Source: an uncultured Eubacteriales bacterium (GTDB taxonomy: Bacteria > Bacillota_I > Bacilli_A > RFN20 > CAG-826). Taken from it: DNA of 64,000 nucleotides. The DNA lies in the NCBI GenBank assembly GCA_963652335.1, contig CAVJSS010000001.1, positions 60 through 64,059 on the forward strand, given 5' to 3'. Each line of letters opens with the position of its first letter. Position 1 is the first letter of the stretch. Below are positions 46,012-55,600 of the stretch, piece by piece. The notes under the pieces were generated by a model that did no database searches, was not told the DNA's origin, and saw only the letters and a list, made by a program, of their open reading frames with translations. Made by a program: the position numbers and the translations under genes.

Positions 46012-46571
46012 TCATATCGCGGGCGGTAATTGACAGGAACCTTGTACCCCTTTTCTTTGATGGTTTTGAAAGGGATGGATTTACGGTCCCCGTTATGATA
46101 GAAATCGCAAATATATCGGGCATCTAAAAGATATACTTCCTTATAATTCACCAATTGGATCAAAAAGAAAGCGATGCCGCCATGACGGATTACGCCTTCA
46201 AGGTGTTCGATTTGCTGAAGGGCGATATTCGAAAGGGGAAATGATGTTTTATTGTGGGTGGATTTGGCCTCGAAGTCGAGATAACGAGATTTATATATCC
46301 CGTTGTAATCGGTGGTTGATTGGGTTTCGAAGAAAGCTTCGGTTATCTTGGCTCCTCTTGAATAATCGACCTTCACTATATTGATGGGAGTTGGCCTTTT
46401 GGTTATCAAAGCGATGTCCTTTTCCTTGTAATATTCATTGGAATCGTTGATTTCGTTTTCAAAATCCATTCCGCGGTTGCCGGCGGCGATGCTGATTTTC
46501 ATTTTCGCCTTGCTGCTCTTTTGGGCGATTTTTTTAGGTACTATTCCGCTAGGATATTTGATTGTCATCAT
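45975..46571 (-). CDS. recU: Holliday junction resolvase RecU
   Basis: 198 aa. It aligns by eye along its whole length with B. subtilis RecU (TKRPTPINIVKVDY, QSTTDYNGIYKSRYLDFEAKSTHNKTSFPL). Confidence 0.9.
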   Translation of the reverse strand: MMTIKYPSGIVPKKIAQKSSKAKMKISIAAGNRGMDFENEINDSNEYYKEKDIALITKRPTPINIVKVDYSRGAKITEAFFETQSTTDYNGIYKSRYLDFEAKSTHNKTSFPLSNIALQQIEHLEGVIRHGGIAFFLIQLVNYKEVYLLDARYICDFYHNGDRKSIPFKTIKEKGYKVPVNYRPRYDYLSVVDKAFLK

Positions 46572-47293
46572 TCGATTGACTCCTTGATCAAACGGTTGTA
46601 AGTTTCTTGGTCGACGATGTTTCCGGAGGCCAATTCATTCATGACCTTTTGAACCGGAGAAGGCAACGAATGATATTTCGACAACGTTTTCTTATATAAA
46701 GCCGCGACTGTGTCTTTTTGTTCCAAGAATTGTTCATAGAGATTCGCTAGGTTCATCGCATCCGAAAGGGCATCATGGGCCGTTCCTTCAAAGACGGCAT
46801 CAAACAATTTCAAGGCGTTTGTCACGGAATAAATGTTGCCTTTGTCGCTTTTGACGTAAGTTCCGAAAAATTGGGAATAATCGAAATAATTGTGTTTTAT
46901 GAAACGGATGAAATCTAGCTGGTCGTCAAAATTGGCGAAGGCAGATTGTTCCAACATGGTGATATCGCCTATTCCGTATGAGCAAAACATGACATCGCCT
47001 TTGTATTTCGAGGTGTATCTATAAAATTTTTGCATCGCCTCATGATAGACGATTCCTTTGTCTTTCAAAGTTTTTTCGGTAATACCGGTCAGATTGGTTA
47101 CGATCGATCCGATCGGAGATCTGGCTTTGACGTAGCAAGAAAAAGGCTTTGAGTACTTTCTGATCGTGCAATCTTGGTTAAGCGTTACGCCTATCGCTCC
47201 TATTTCGATTATTTCGTGGGTGATTTGGGTTCCTTCCAAATCGAAGAAAACGATATGTTTTTTCCCTTTGAGTATCTTTTTTAGAGCTTCCAT
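46568..47293 (-). CDS. DEDDh 3'-5' exonuclease (DnaQ/KapD-like)
   Basis: About 241 aa from the ATG at 47293; an alternative TTG start lies at 47320. Motifs: FFDLEGT, EIIEIGA, AHDALSDAMN. Confidence 0.75.
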   Translation of the reverse strand: MEALKKILKGKKHIVFFDLEGTQITHEIIEIGAIGVTLNQDCTIRKYSKPFSCYVKARSPIGSIVTNLTGITEKTLKDKGIVYHEAMQKFYRYTSKYKGDVMFCSYGIGDITMLEQSAFANFDDQLDFIRFIKHNYFDYSQFFGTYVKSDKGNIYSVTNALKLFDAVFEGTAHDALSDAMNLANLYEQFLEQKDTVAALYKKTLSKYHSLPSPVQKVMNELASGNIVDQETYNRLIKESIE

Positions 47294-47413
47294 CCGGAAA
47301 ATGATAGCACCAAAAGTCAAAATCGACTAGACTAACGACTTCTAGCCTTTGGCTAGCTATCATAATATCATTGCTTATAGGTGCCACCTTCGATATAATC
47401 GAACAAGGTCGAT

Positions 47414-47836
47414 ATGAGCAACGGTTTGAAATTGAACGCTGAGAAAATTTTCGAGAAGAAATTCCCAAAAGCCCTTAAAGGCTATGACCCATATGAGGTC
47501 GACCTCTTTTTGGATCAAGTCATCTTGGATTATAAGACCGTCGAAAACTATTTGGCCAAAAATGACGCATATGTGTCATCGCTTCAAGAAAGGATCGATG
47601 AGCTTGAGGACGCCAATGCCAAGCTGACTGCCGACAATGTCAGACTTGCCAATTCCAACAAACAAATGGAAATCAGCGTAGCCGGATTGAGTTCGCGATT
47701 GGATGGCATCAAAGAAAGCGACAAGCCAACCACCGAGAACCTTCGTTTGATAAAAAGGATCAACACGTTGGAAAGCTTTCTTAAATCCAAAGGTTACACC
47801 GAATCCCAATTGAAGGAATTTTTAGGAAAGGAATAA
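47414..47836 (+). CDS. gpsB: DivIVA-domain cell-cycle protein GpsB
   Basis: 140 aa with the N-terminal DivIVA motif FEKKFPKALKGYDPYEVDLFLDQV followed by a coiled coil. Confidence 0.8.
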   Translation: MSNGLKLNAEKIFEKKFPKALKGYDPYEVDLFLDQVILDYKTVENYLAKNDAYVSSLQERIDELEDANAKLTADNVRLANSNKQMEISVAGLSSRLDGIKESDKPTTENLRLIKRINTLESFLKSKGYTESQLKEFLGKE

Positions 47837-47838
47837 AT

Positions 47839-48165
47839 CCGGCCCAGGCGACTGCTGCTAGAAAATCTAGTAGAGGAAAGTCCATGCTCGCACAGCCTGT
47901 GATGGCTGTAGTGATTGCGCTAGACGAATAAATAAGTCTAGGCACGCGGGAGCGCGTGACGGCGGAAGAATACCTCTCGTAGGTAGGATGCCCTAAGGTG
48001 CCACAGAGACGAGCTTGCTAGCGATAGCAAGATGAAACGCGGTAAACCCCTCAAGCGAGAAACCCAAAATTGGTAGGGGAAGGATCGATGCCAAAACGAA
48101 GGCAGAGGTCCCAGCAAAGCTGAGATAAATTGTCGCCCTAGACAAAACATGGCTTATCGGGCCGG
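47839..48165 (+). ncRNA. rnpB: RNase P RNA (bacterial, compact type-B-like)
   Basis: Universal P4 strands GAGGAAAGUCC (47873-47883) and ACAUGGCUUA (48147-48156), plus GGUAAACCCC. P1 pairs CCGGCCC with GGGCCGG, and P2 pairs AGGCGAC with GUCGCCU. Length is about 327 nt. Confidence 0.9.
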
Positions 48166-48176
48166 AGACTCAAATC

Positions 48177-48824
48177 ATGAAAAATCTAAATGTTCCAAAC
48201 CGCATTACCATTTCAAGAATCGTGATGGTTTTCTGCATGCTTATCGCCCTTTTCGTTTTGCGTTTCATTCCGAATCTAGAGGTTCCGAGCATTGGCGGCG
48301 ATCTTAACATCAACGTCGTTTATCTTGCGATTTGCATCGTCTTCGTTGCTGCCTCAATAACCGACAAAATCGATGGCGATTTGGCCAGAAGAAACAACGA
48401 AGTCACGGATTTTGGGAAATTTTTGGATCCAGTCGCCGATAAGCTCTTAGTCAATTCGACTTTGATTTATTTGGCGATACCTCACTTCGACGAAAATCAA
48501 ATGGTCATCCCTCTCTATTGCATAATTATCATGATAGTCAGGGATTTGGTCGTTGACGCATTGCGCTTAGTTGCCTCTTCCAAAGGCGTTGTTTTGGCCG
48601 CCAATAACTGGGGCAAGGCCAAAACCGTTCTTCAGATGTTTGCCATACCGCTCGTTCTTTTAAACGGTTTCCCATTCACCTATTTCGATGCTTCTTGGGG
48701 AGAGGGAAGAGTGGCTTTGTGGTTTGTTTACGCAGCGACTTTGGTTTCCTTTGTTTCTGGCTTGATTTATGTCATACAAAACTGGAAAGTGGTTTCTCTT
48801 ACCGGAGGGAAAAATGACAAATAA
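48177..48824 (+). CDS. pgsA: CDP-diacylglycerol--glycerol-3-phosphate 3-phosphatidyltransferase
   Basis: 215 aa with the CDP-alcohol phosphotransferase motif DKIDGDLARRNNEVTDFGKFLDPVADK. Confidence 0.9.
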   Translation: MKNLNVPNRITISRIVMVFCMLIALFVLRFIPNLEVPSIGGDLNINVVYLAICIVFVAASITDKIDGDLARRNNEVTDFGKFLDPVADKLLVNSTLIYLAIPHFDENQMVIPLYCIIIMIVRDLVVDALRLVASSKGVVLAANNWGKAKTVLQMFAIPLVLLNGFPFTYFDASWGEGRVALWFVYAATLVSFVSGLIYVIQNWKVVSLTGGKNDK

Positions 48825-49284
48825 TAGCGAAAAGCTCCTATCTCTCTTGAAAGAGAAAAAATATACGATAGGGTGCGCCGAAAGTTTCACGGCCGGCTTA
48901 TTCGCATCGACTTTTTGTTCTATAAGCGGTGCTTCCATTGCCTTTAAAGGCGGAATCATTTGCTACAATAGGAGTATCAAAGAGAATGTCTTATCCGTTC
49001 CTAAAGAATTGATAGACACCTATGGGGTCGTAAGCAAAGAAGTCGCGTTTTCGCTTTCTGAATCCACTAAAAATGTTCTTGATGTCGATATAGCCGTTTC
49101 CTTTACCGGAAATGCCGGGCCAACTGCCGAGATAGGAAAAGCCAAAGTCGGAGAGGCTTATATCGGAATCGATTTTTTAGGAAAAACGGAAACGTATAAA
49201 AAAATATTCGAAGGCGATAGAAACCAAATAAGGGAAGAAGCGGTGGAATTCGCGATTGACAAGCTGATTGAGAAACTGATTTAA
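48814..49284 (+). CDS. cinA: CinA C-terminal domain protein (nicotinamide-nucleotide amidohydrolase PncC-like)
   Basis: 156 aa from the ATG at 48814, with a GGAGGG RBS. Motif: IGCAESFTAGLFAS. The order pgsA-cinA-recA matches Bacillus. Confidence 0.85.
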   Translation: MTNNSEKLLSLLKEKKYTIGCAESFTAGLFASTFCSISGASIAFKGGIICYNRSIKENVLSVPKELIDTYGVVSKEVAFSLSESTKNVLDVDIAVSFTGNAGPTAEIGKAKVGEAYIGIDFLGKTETYKKIFEGDRNQIREEAVEFAIDKLIEKLI

Positions 49285-49332
49285 GGAAAAATCGAAAGAT
49301 TGCCTGTTATAAATAAAGTGGAGGACAATGAT

Positions 49333-50331
49333 ATGTCAGAAAACAAAGATATGGCTTTAAAGGAGGCTTTGCGCTCAATCGAAAAAGCCTATGGCAAAGG
49401 GTCGATAATGGTTTTGGGGGAACATGCCAAAGTCGACGTTGACGTAATACCAACCGGATCGCTTATGCTTGATGAGATATTGGGGGTCGGCGGTTATCCA
49501 AGAGGAAGGATCGTTGAGATTTACGGGCCTGAATCTTCGGGGAAAACCACCCTGGCATTGGAAGCGGTGGCCCAAGCTCAAAAGAAAGGCGGGCGCGCCG
49601 CTTATATCGACGCCGAACATTCCATTGATCCTGATTATGCGAAGAATTTGGGTGTCGATATCGACGAATTGATTCTGTCTCAGCCTGATTCTGGCGAACA
49701 AGCTTTGGAAATCGTCGAATTGCTGGCTGAATCCGGAGCGATTGATCTTATCGTCGTCGATTCGGTCGCCGCTTTGGTTCCGCAAGCGGAATTGGATGGG
49801 ACGATGAGCGACAACAACGTCGGCCTCCAAGCCAGGATGATGTCAAAAGCCATGCGAAAGCTAGCCGGCGTTTTGAATAGGACCGGATGCTTGGTTATTT
49901 TCATTAACCAACTTCGCGAGAAAGTCGGGGTTATTTATGGAAATCCCGAGACCACCACAGGTGGACGTGCGTTGAAATTCTATGCTACCATCCGTTTGGA
50001 TATCAGGCGTTCCGAAGCCATCAAGCAAGGCTCCGAAATCATCGGTAACACCATTAAGGCAAAGGTCGTTAAAAACAAAGTTTCCGCTCCTTTTAAGAGC
50101 TGCGAAATCGATATTATTTACGGAAAAGGGATCAACTTGGATGGTGAAATCCTCGACCTGGCCGTGAATAAGAACATCCTATCTAAGTCCGGGAACTGGT
50201 TCGTATATAAGGATGAAAAGATTGCCAATGGTCGCGATGCAGCGATCAGATATTTGAGAGCCAATCCGGAATTGCTCGCTTCTTTGGAAAAACAAATCAA
50301 AGAAACTCCTTCTATGGAAAAAGGCGAATAA
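49333..50331 (+). CDS. recA: Recombinase RecA
   Basis: 332 aa from the ATG at 49333, with a GGAGGA RBS. Motifs: [11 protein letters not shown] and Walker [10 protein letters not shown]. Confidence 0.95.
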   Translation: MSENKDMALKEALRSIEKAYGKGSIMVLGEHAKVDVDVIPTGSLMLDEILGVGGYPRGRIVEIYGPESSGKTTLALEAVAQAQKKGGRAAYIDAEHSIDPDYAKNLGVDIDELILSQPDSGEQALEIVELLAESGAIDLIVVDSVAALVPQAELDGTMSDNNVGLQARMMSKAMRKLAGVLNRTGCLVIFINQLREKVGVIYGNPETTTGGRALKFYATIRLDIRRSEAIKQGSEIIGNTIKAKVVKNKVSAPFKSCEIDIIYGKGINLDGEILDLAVNKNILSKSGNWFVYKDEKIANGRDAAIRYLRANPELLASLEKQIKETPSMEKGE

Positions 50332-50341
50332 TCGACAAGCT

Positions 50342-50378
50342 AAGCAAGTCATTAATGCGGTGGCTTGCTTTTATTTTT
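50342..50378 (+). terminator. Rho-independent terminator after recA
   Basis: Stem AAGCAAG / CTTGCTT followed by TTATTTTT. Confidence 0.7.
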
Positions 50379-50595
50379 CGTCAAAACTTGTCGGTTTCCC
50401 ATTATAAATTTTTGCTTGATTTTAAGGTGTTCCATTTGCTTATGCGTTCGTATATTATGTAAGCGTGCTAAGGCACCCACCATATTAAGGTCATGCGTCT
50501 ATTTCGTTGGGATGAAATAGGCAAAAGTCTCATATAATTCGTTTTATATAATGTGCTTTAAGTGGGTACTGAGGCTCTAATTAGGAGTCTTTTTA

Positions 50596-52185
50596 ATGTT
50601 GAATCTATTAACCGGGGAAGGTCTCTCCGGAGCTATCGTCGCCATCATAGCCATCGCCTCCGCTTTAGCGGTTGGAGCGGCTGTTGCTTGCGTCTTTATC
50701 TTCGTTCCTTCCATCAAAGCCAAGAGAGCCCAAAATTCCGCTGCTTCGATTGTTGAAGCGGCGGAGAAAAAAGCCGATCAGATCGAAAAAGAAGCTAAGT
50801 CGGAAGCCAAACGCATCAACGTTGAGGCTAGGCAGCAAGCCGATCGTGACGTCCGTTCGATGACCGAAGAAGTCAGATCGGAAAGGGCTAAGCTTAATGC
50901 TCGCGAGGAAGTCATCAATCGTCGTGACGAATCGTTGTTAAGCCGCGAAAAGGAAATCGAGAAAAAGAACGATTCCCTCAATTCCCGTTTGGCCGAATTG
51001 GACGCCAAGCACAAAACGTTGGATGAAAAGATCAATTCCATCATTGCCGAACTTGAAAAAGTTTCTGGCATGACGACCAAAGAAGCCCATGATGAAATCA
51101 TGGCTAGAGTCGAATCGAAAATGTCGACCGAAATCGCCCTTTATATCAAAAACCAAGAGGATGAAGCGAAAGCCACAGCCCAAGAAAAAGCCACCCAGCT
51201 TTTGTCTCTTGCTTGCGCTAAATACGCCCAAGAAGTCGTTACCGAACGTACCGTTTCGGTAGTTGCTCTTCCTTCTGACGAAATGAAAGGACGAATCATC
51301 GGACGCGAAGGCCGCAATATCCGCATCATCGAAGCGACCCTAGGGGTTGACATCGTCATTGATGATACTCCTGAGGTAATCACGGTCTCCTGCTTTGACC
51401 CAATCAGGAGGGAAATCGCTAAGAGAACCCTTGAATACTTGGTCAAAGATGGACGCATTCAACCTGGAAGGATCGAGGAAATCGCCGCTAAGTGCAAACG
51501 CGAAATGGAAACCGAGATGAGCAAGACGGGAGAAGAAGTCGCTTTCCGCCTCGGTCTTCCGAAAATGAACAGGGAAATCACCAATTGTCTTGGCCGTTTG
51601 AAATATCGCACCTCCTATGGCCAAAATGTTTTGGATCATTCAATCGAAGTCGCCTATATCTGTGGCATCATGGCTGCTGAATTAGGCTTGAATCAGAATC
51701 TTGCCCGTCGTGCCGGTTTATTGCACGATATTGGCAAAGCGGTAGACTTCGAAATGGAGGGATCACACACTCAATTAGGTGCTCAATTAGCCAAAAAGTG
51801 CGGCGAAAACGAAGTGGTAATCAATGCTATCGCCTCCCACCATGGTGAGGTCGAAGCCACTTCTTTGATTGCGAATTTGGTAGTTGCCGCCGATACCGTT
51901 TCCGCCGCTCGCCCAGGGGCTAGATCCGAGACTTTGGAGACTTATATCAAACGAGTCGAGCAATTGGAGAACATCGCCAAGGATTTCGATGGCGTCCAAA
52001 CAGCCTATGCAATGCAAGCGGGACGCGAAGTACGCGTCATGGTCGTGCCTGAAAAGATCTCTGATTTGGAAGCCACCAAATTGGCAGTTGAAATAAGGGA
52101 GAAGATCGAAAACGAAATGACCTATCCAGGCACCATAAAAGTGTCTGTTATCCGCGAATACCGTGCGATTGAAACCGCTAAATAA
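50596..52185 (+). CDS. rny: Ribonuclease Y
   Basis: 529 aa. It has an N-terminal TM, a coiled coil, a KH domain (GRIIGREGRNIR) and an HD domain (LLHDIGKA). Confidence 0.95.
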   Translation: MLNLLTGEGLSGAIVAIIAIASALAVGAAVACVFIFVPSIKAKRAQNSAASIVEAAEKKADQIEKEAKSEAKRINVEARQQADRDVRSMTEEVRSERAKLNAREEVINRRDESLLSREKEIEKKNDSLNSRLAELDAKHKTLDEKINSIIAELEKVSGMTTKEAHDEIMARVESKMSTEIALYIKNQEDEAKATAQEKATQLLSLACAKYAQEVVTERTVSVVALPSDEMKGRIIGREGRNIRIIEATLGVDIVIDDTPEVITVSCFDPIRREIAKRTLEYLVKDGRIQPGRIEEIAAKCKREMETEMSKTGEEVAFRLGLPKMNREITNCLGRLKYRTSYGQNVLDHSIEVAYICGIMAAELGLNQNLARRAGLLHDIGKAVDFEMEGSHTQLGAQLAKKCGENEVVINAIASHHGEVEATSLIANLVVAADTVSAARPGARSETLETYIKRVEQLENIAKDFDGVQTAYAMQAGREVRVMVVPEKISDLEATKLAVEIREKIENEMTYPGTIKVSVIREYRAIETAK

Positions 52186-52209
52186 TTAGCTTAGAAAGGC
52201 GCAACCGAT

Positions 52210-52989
52210 ATGCGTGTCCTCTTTGTCGGAGATTGTGTTTCCAAAGCTGGCAAAGCCATTCTTTTCTCATCATTGGAAAAGTTGGAAGGTCAATATGATT
52301 TTCTTATAGTCAATGGCGAAAACATCTCCAACGGCAAAGGAATAACGAAAGCAGATTACTTTGATTTGATCGATCATGGAGTTGACTGCGTGACACTAGG
52401 CAATCATTGGAGAGGGCAATCCGATTTGGATCGTTGGATAGATGACGCAGATCGATTGGTCAGACCTTTGAATGTTATCGGTTATCATCATGGATCTGGA
52501 TCCAGATTGTTTGTTTGCAACGGAGTTCCTATCCGTGTAACGAATATGTTAGGGACGGCCTTCATGAAAGAAGCCGTGCATTCGCCGCATTCTGTTATCG
52601 ATGATTTATATCGAAAGATAGAACCGTGCATTCACATCATCGATTATCATGCCGAATCAACGTCAGAAAAGCAAATATTCATGCTTAATAACGTCAATAA
52701 AGCAACAGCTGTTCTTGGGACGCACACTCACGTTGCCACCGCTGACGAAAGAATAGTAAACGGAACGGCTATCCAAACTGATATTGGCATGTGTGGCATA
52801 ATGAATGGTTCGATCGGAGCAACGTTCGAATCTGCCAAATCCAAATTCATCGAAGGAAAAAACGTTGCATTGGATTTTTCCGGAACGGGATTAAGCCAAT
52901 TCAATGCCGTTTTGATCGAAGTGGATGAAAAAACCTATAAGGCAACGGCAATCCGCCGCATATTTCTAAAGGAGACCATTGATGAGTAA
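52210..52989 (+). CDS. ymdB: YmdB-family metallophosphoesterase (2',3'-cyclic-nucleotide 2'-phosphodiesterase)
   Basis: 259 aa with MRVLFVGDCVSKAGK and NGENISNGKG motifs. It lies downstream of rny, as in Bacillus. Confidence 0.9.
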   Translation: MRVLFVGDCVSKAGKAILFSSLEKLEGQYDFLIVNGENISNGKGITKADYFDLIDHGVDCVTLGNHWRGQSDLDRWIDDADRLVRPLNVIGYHHGSGSRLFVCNGVPIRVTNMLGTAFMKEAVHSPHSVIDDLYRKIEPCIHIIDYHAESTSEKQIFMLNNVNKATAVLGTHTHVATADERIVNGTAIQTDIGMCGIMNGSIGATFESAKSKFIEGKNVALDFSGTGLSQFNAVLIEVDEKTYKATAIRRIFLKETIDE

Positions 52990-54721
52990 ATGCGTTTATT
53001 ATTCTCTGCCTAACATGAAGGAAGCCAGAATGAGAATCGAAGAAGCCGAACGCTTGGTCGATCATGTTGAGGTTTCCGATTTATTGAAGAATTTTGCCAA
53101 AGGAAAAAAATTTTTCATCAAGACTTTTGGCTGCCAAGCAAATATCCGCGATGAAGAGATAATGGCAGGATATTTGAAAATGGCTGGATATGAAAAGAGC
53201 GAAGATCCTAATGATTGCGATCTAGCTATCATCAATACTTGCGCCGTTAGGGAGAACGCTGAAGACAAAGTATATGGGGAACTTGGCTCATTCAAATCCA
53301 AAACGGAAATGGATAAGAACTTCATACTTTGCTTATGCGGATGCATGATGCAACAAGAAGGATTTGCCGAAAAAATATTGAAGACTTATCCATATGTGAC
53401 TTTGGTTTTTGGCACTCATAACGTCCATCGTTTGCTGCCTCTTCTGACCGATGTTTTGAAAAACAAAAAGCACATAGTCGACGTCGAATCAGGACCAAAG
53501 GAATTGGTCGAAGACATGCCTTCATCCCGCTTGTCTTCTTCTGAAGCCTTCGTGAATATTTCCTATGGGTGCGATAAATTCTGCACATATTGCATCGTCC
53601 CATACACCAGAGGCAAAGAACGTTCCAGGAAGATGGAAGACATTATTAAAGAATGCAAAGAGCTCGTAGCGGATGGATATAAACAAATAACGTTATTGGG
53701 TCAAAACGTCAATTCTTATGGATTGGATCTTAAGGATGGAACGACATTTGCCAAATTGCTGGAGGAAGTCGCCAAATTAGGCATTCCTAGATTGACTTTC
53801 CTTACTTCTTATCCATCCCAATTCACCGATGAGATGATCGATGTGATGGCCAAATATGACAATATCAGAAAGTGGCTCCATTTCCCGGTTCAATCAGGCT
53901 CGACTTCTTGCCTTAGAAGAATGGGAAGAAGGTATAGCAGGGAAGAATATATCGCTTTAGTTAAGAAAATCAGAGAGAAAATGCCTGATATCGCTTTAAC
54001 CACTGATATAATCGTTGGCTTCCCAAACGAAACAGACGAAGAATTCGCGGATACTCTTTCTTTGGCTAATGAAATCGGCTATTCGGCGGCATTCACATTC
54101 ATTTATTCGCCTCGAAAAGGAACGCCGGCAGCCGCTTTGAAAGATTTAACGCCCGATGCTTTGAAACACGAACGATTCAATCAATTGGTGAAAGTCATCG
54201 AAAAGACAACCGGCGAGCATTCTTTGAAGATGGTCGGCAACACTTATTCGGTGTTGGTCGAAGGGCCTTCGAAGAAAAATTCTAACGTCTTATCAGGCTA
54301 TGCCGAAAACGGAAAGCTTATAAATTTCCCTGGTCCAACTTATCTTGCCAGTTGCTTAGTCGATGTCAAAGTCGTCGAATCCAAAACATTTTCTTTGAGA
54401 GGAGAACTTGTCGGAGATCCACTTATTTATAAAGCGAAGGACGTTGCATACGTTCTTTCCTTAGATCCGTTGCTTAAAGAATATAAGCTTTTGACCGAAG
54501 CTTTAAAAAATCCCAGATATTCCGAACTTGGTTTCAAACTCAAGGCTGCCAAAAAAGCTTTGGCGATGTCAATGGGCGATGACGAGAAACATGAAAAATG
54601 CAAAGAAGAATACCTAAAGCTTTCTTCCTTGATCAACGACGACCCTTTGATCGCCAACAAAGAGGCGTTGGCTAGCGAAGTCGAATCTTATTTAGAAAGG
54701 GTTCGTTCTTTATTGGCATGA
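52982..54721 (+). CDS. miaB: tRNA-i6A37 methylthiotransferase MiaB with a ~100-aa YmcA/RicA-like C-terminal extension
   Basis: 579 aa. UPF0004 domain (FFIKTFGCQAN), radical-SAM motif CDKFCTYC, and a TRAM domain ending near aa 477. This is followed by a helical tail (54416-54718). Confidence 0.88.
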   Translation: MSKCVYYSLPNMKEARMRIEEAERLVDHVEVSDLLKNFAKGKKFFIKTFGCQANIRDEEIMAGYLKMAGYEKSEDPNDCDLAIINTCAVRENAEDKVYGELGSFKSKTEMDKNFILCLCGCMMQQEGFAEKILKTYPYVTLVFGTHNVHRLLPLLTDVLKNKKHIVDVESGPKELVEDMPSSRLSSSEAFVNISYGCDKFCTYCIVPYTRGKERSRKMEDIIKECKELVADGYKQITLLGQNVNSYGLDLKDGTTFAKLLEEVAKLGIPRLTFLTSYPSQFTDEMIDVMAKYDNIRKWLHFPVQSGSTSCLRRMGRRYSREEYIALVKKIREKMPDIALTTDIIVGFPNETDEEFADTLSLANEIGYSAAFTFIYSPRKGTPAAALKDLTPDALKHERFNQLVKVIEKTTGEHSLKMVGNTYSVLVEGPSKKNSNVLSGYAENGKLINFPGPTYLASCLVDVKVVESKTFSLRGELVGDPLIYKAKDVAYVLSLDPLLKEYKLLTEALKNPRYSELGFKLKAAKKALAMSMGDDEKHEKCKEEYLKLSSLINDDPLIANKEALASEVESYLERVRSLLA

Positions 54722-55596
54722 TAATCGTTTTGACTGGTGCCACGGGCACAGGGAAGAGCAAGCTTGCCATTGAGCTAGCCAAGGAAATCGGCGCCGAAAT
54801 AATCAATGGCGATGCTTTTCAGGTTTATAAAGACCTAACTATTGCCACGGCCGCTCCAAGCAAGGAAGAAAAAGCCGAAGTGCCTCATCATCTTTTCCAA
54901 TACGTTGATTTAAATGAATCTTATTCGATAGCCCGTTACCAAAAGGATTGCCGAGAGAAATTGAAAGAGGTTCTTTCTAGGAGAAAGAACGTGATCATCG
55001 TTGGCGGCAGCGGTCTTTATATAAGAGCCGCTTTATACGATTATGATTTATCTTTGGATACTTCGAAGATCGATATGTCCTTATACGAAAACAAAAGCAA
55101 TGAAGAATTGCATGGCATTCTTTCTGAGCTTGATCCAACTGAGGCTCATAAATTGCCTATCCAAAACCGGCAACGAATGCTTCGTTCGATTCAAATATGT
55201 TTGGCCGCAGGGGAATCTAAAACAGATTTTTTAGCCAAGCAGAAACACGAGCCCATGTATCCTTCCAGATTCTATGTCCTCCATTTCGATCGTGACGTAC
55301 TCTATCCTAAAGTAAATGCCAGGGTCGATCAAATGTTCGAGATGGGATTGCTGAATGAGACCATTCCTTTGATTGAAAAATACGGAAAAGACGTTCAAGC
55401 GTTTAAAGCAATCGGAATAAAAGAGCTTTTCCCATATTTAGATGGTGACATTTCCCTTAATGAGGCTATAGAGTTAATTAAGTTTGATACGCGAAGATAT
55501 ATCAAACGGCAAGAAACTTTCTTCCGTCATCAATTCAAAGCCAAGAACATTTCTTGTTTGAATGAAATTTTGGAAGATTTGAATCAAAGGGGGTAA
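54718..55596 (+). CDS. miaA: tRNA dimethylallyltransferase MiaA
   Basis: 292 aa with P-loop LTGATGTGKS and an ATGA overlap with miaB. Confidence 0.92.
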   Translation: MIIVLTGATGTGKSKLAIELAKEIGAEIINGDAFQVYKDLTIATAAPSKEEKAEVPHHLFQYVDLNESYSIARYQKDCREKLKEVLSRRKNVIIVGGSGLYIRAALYDYDLSLDTSKIDMSLYENKSNEELHGILSELDPTEAHKLPIQNRQRMLRSIQICLAAGESKTDFLAKQKHEPMYPSRFYVLHFDRDVLYPKVNARVDQMFEMGLLNETIPLIEKYGKDVQAFKAIGIKELFPYLDGDISLNEAIELIKFDTRRYIKRQETFFRHQFKAKNISCLNEILEDLNQRG

Positions 55597-55600
55597 CGAC

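Noticed and set aside
47938-48150. 70-aa minus-strand ORF.
   Set aside because: It lies entirely within the RNase P RNA gene, so it is an artefact of GC-rich structured RNA.
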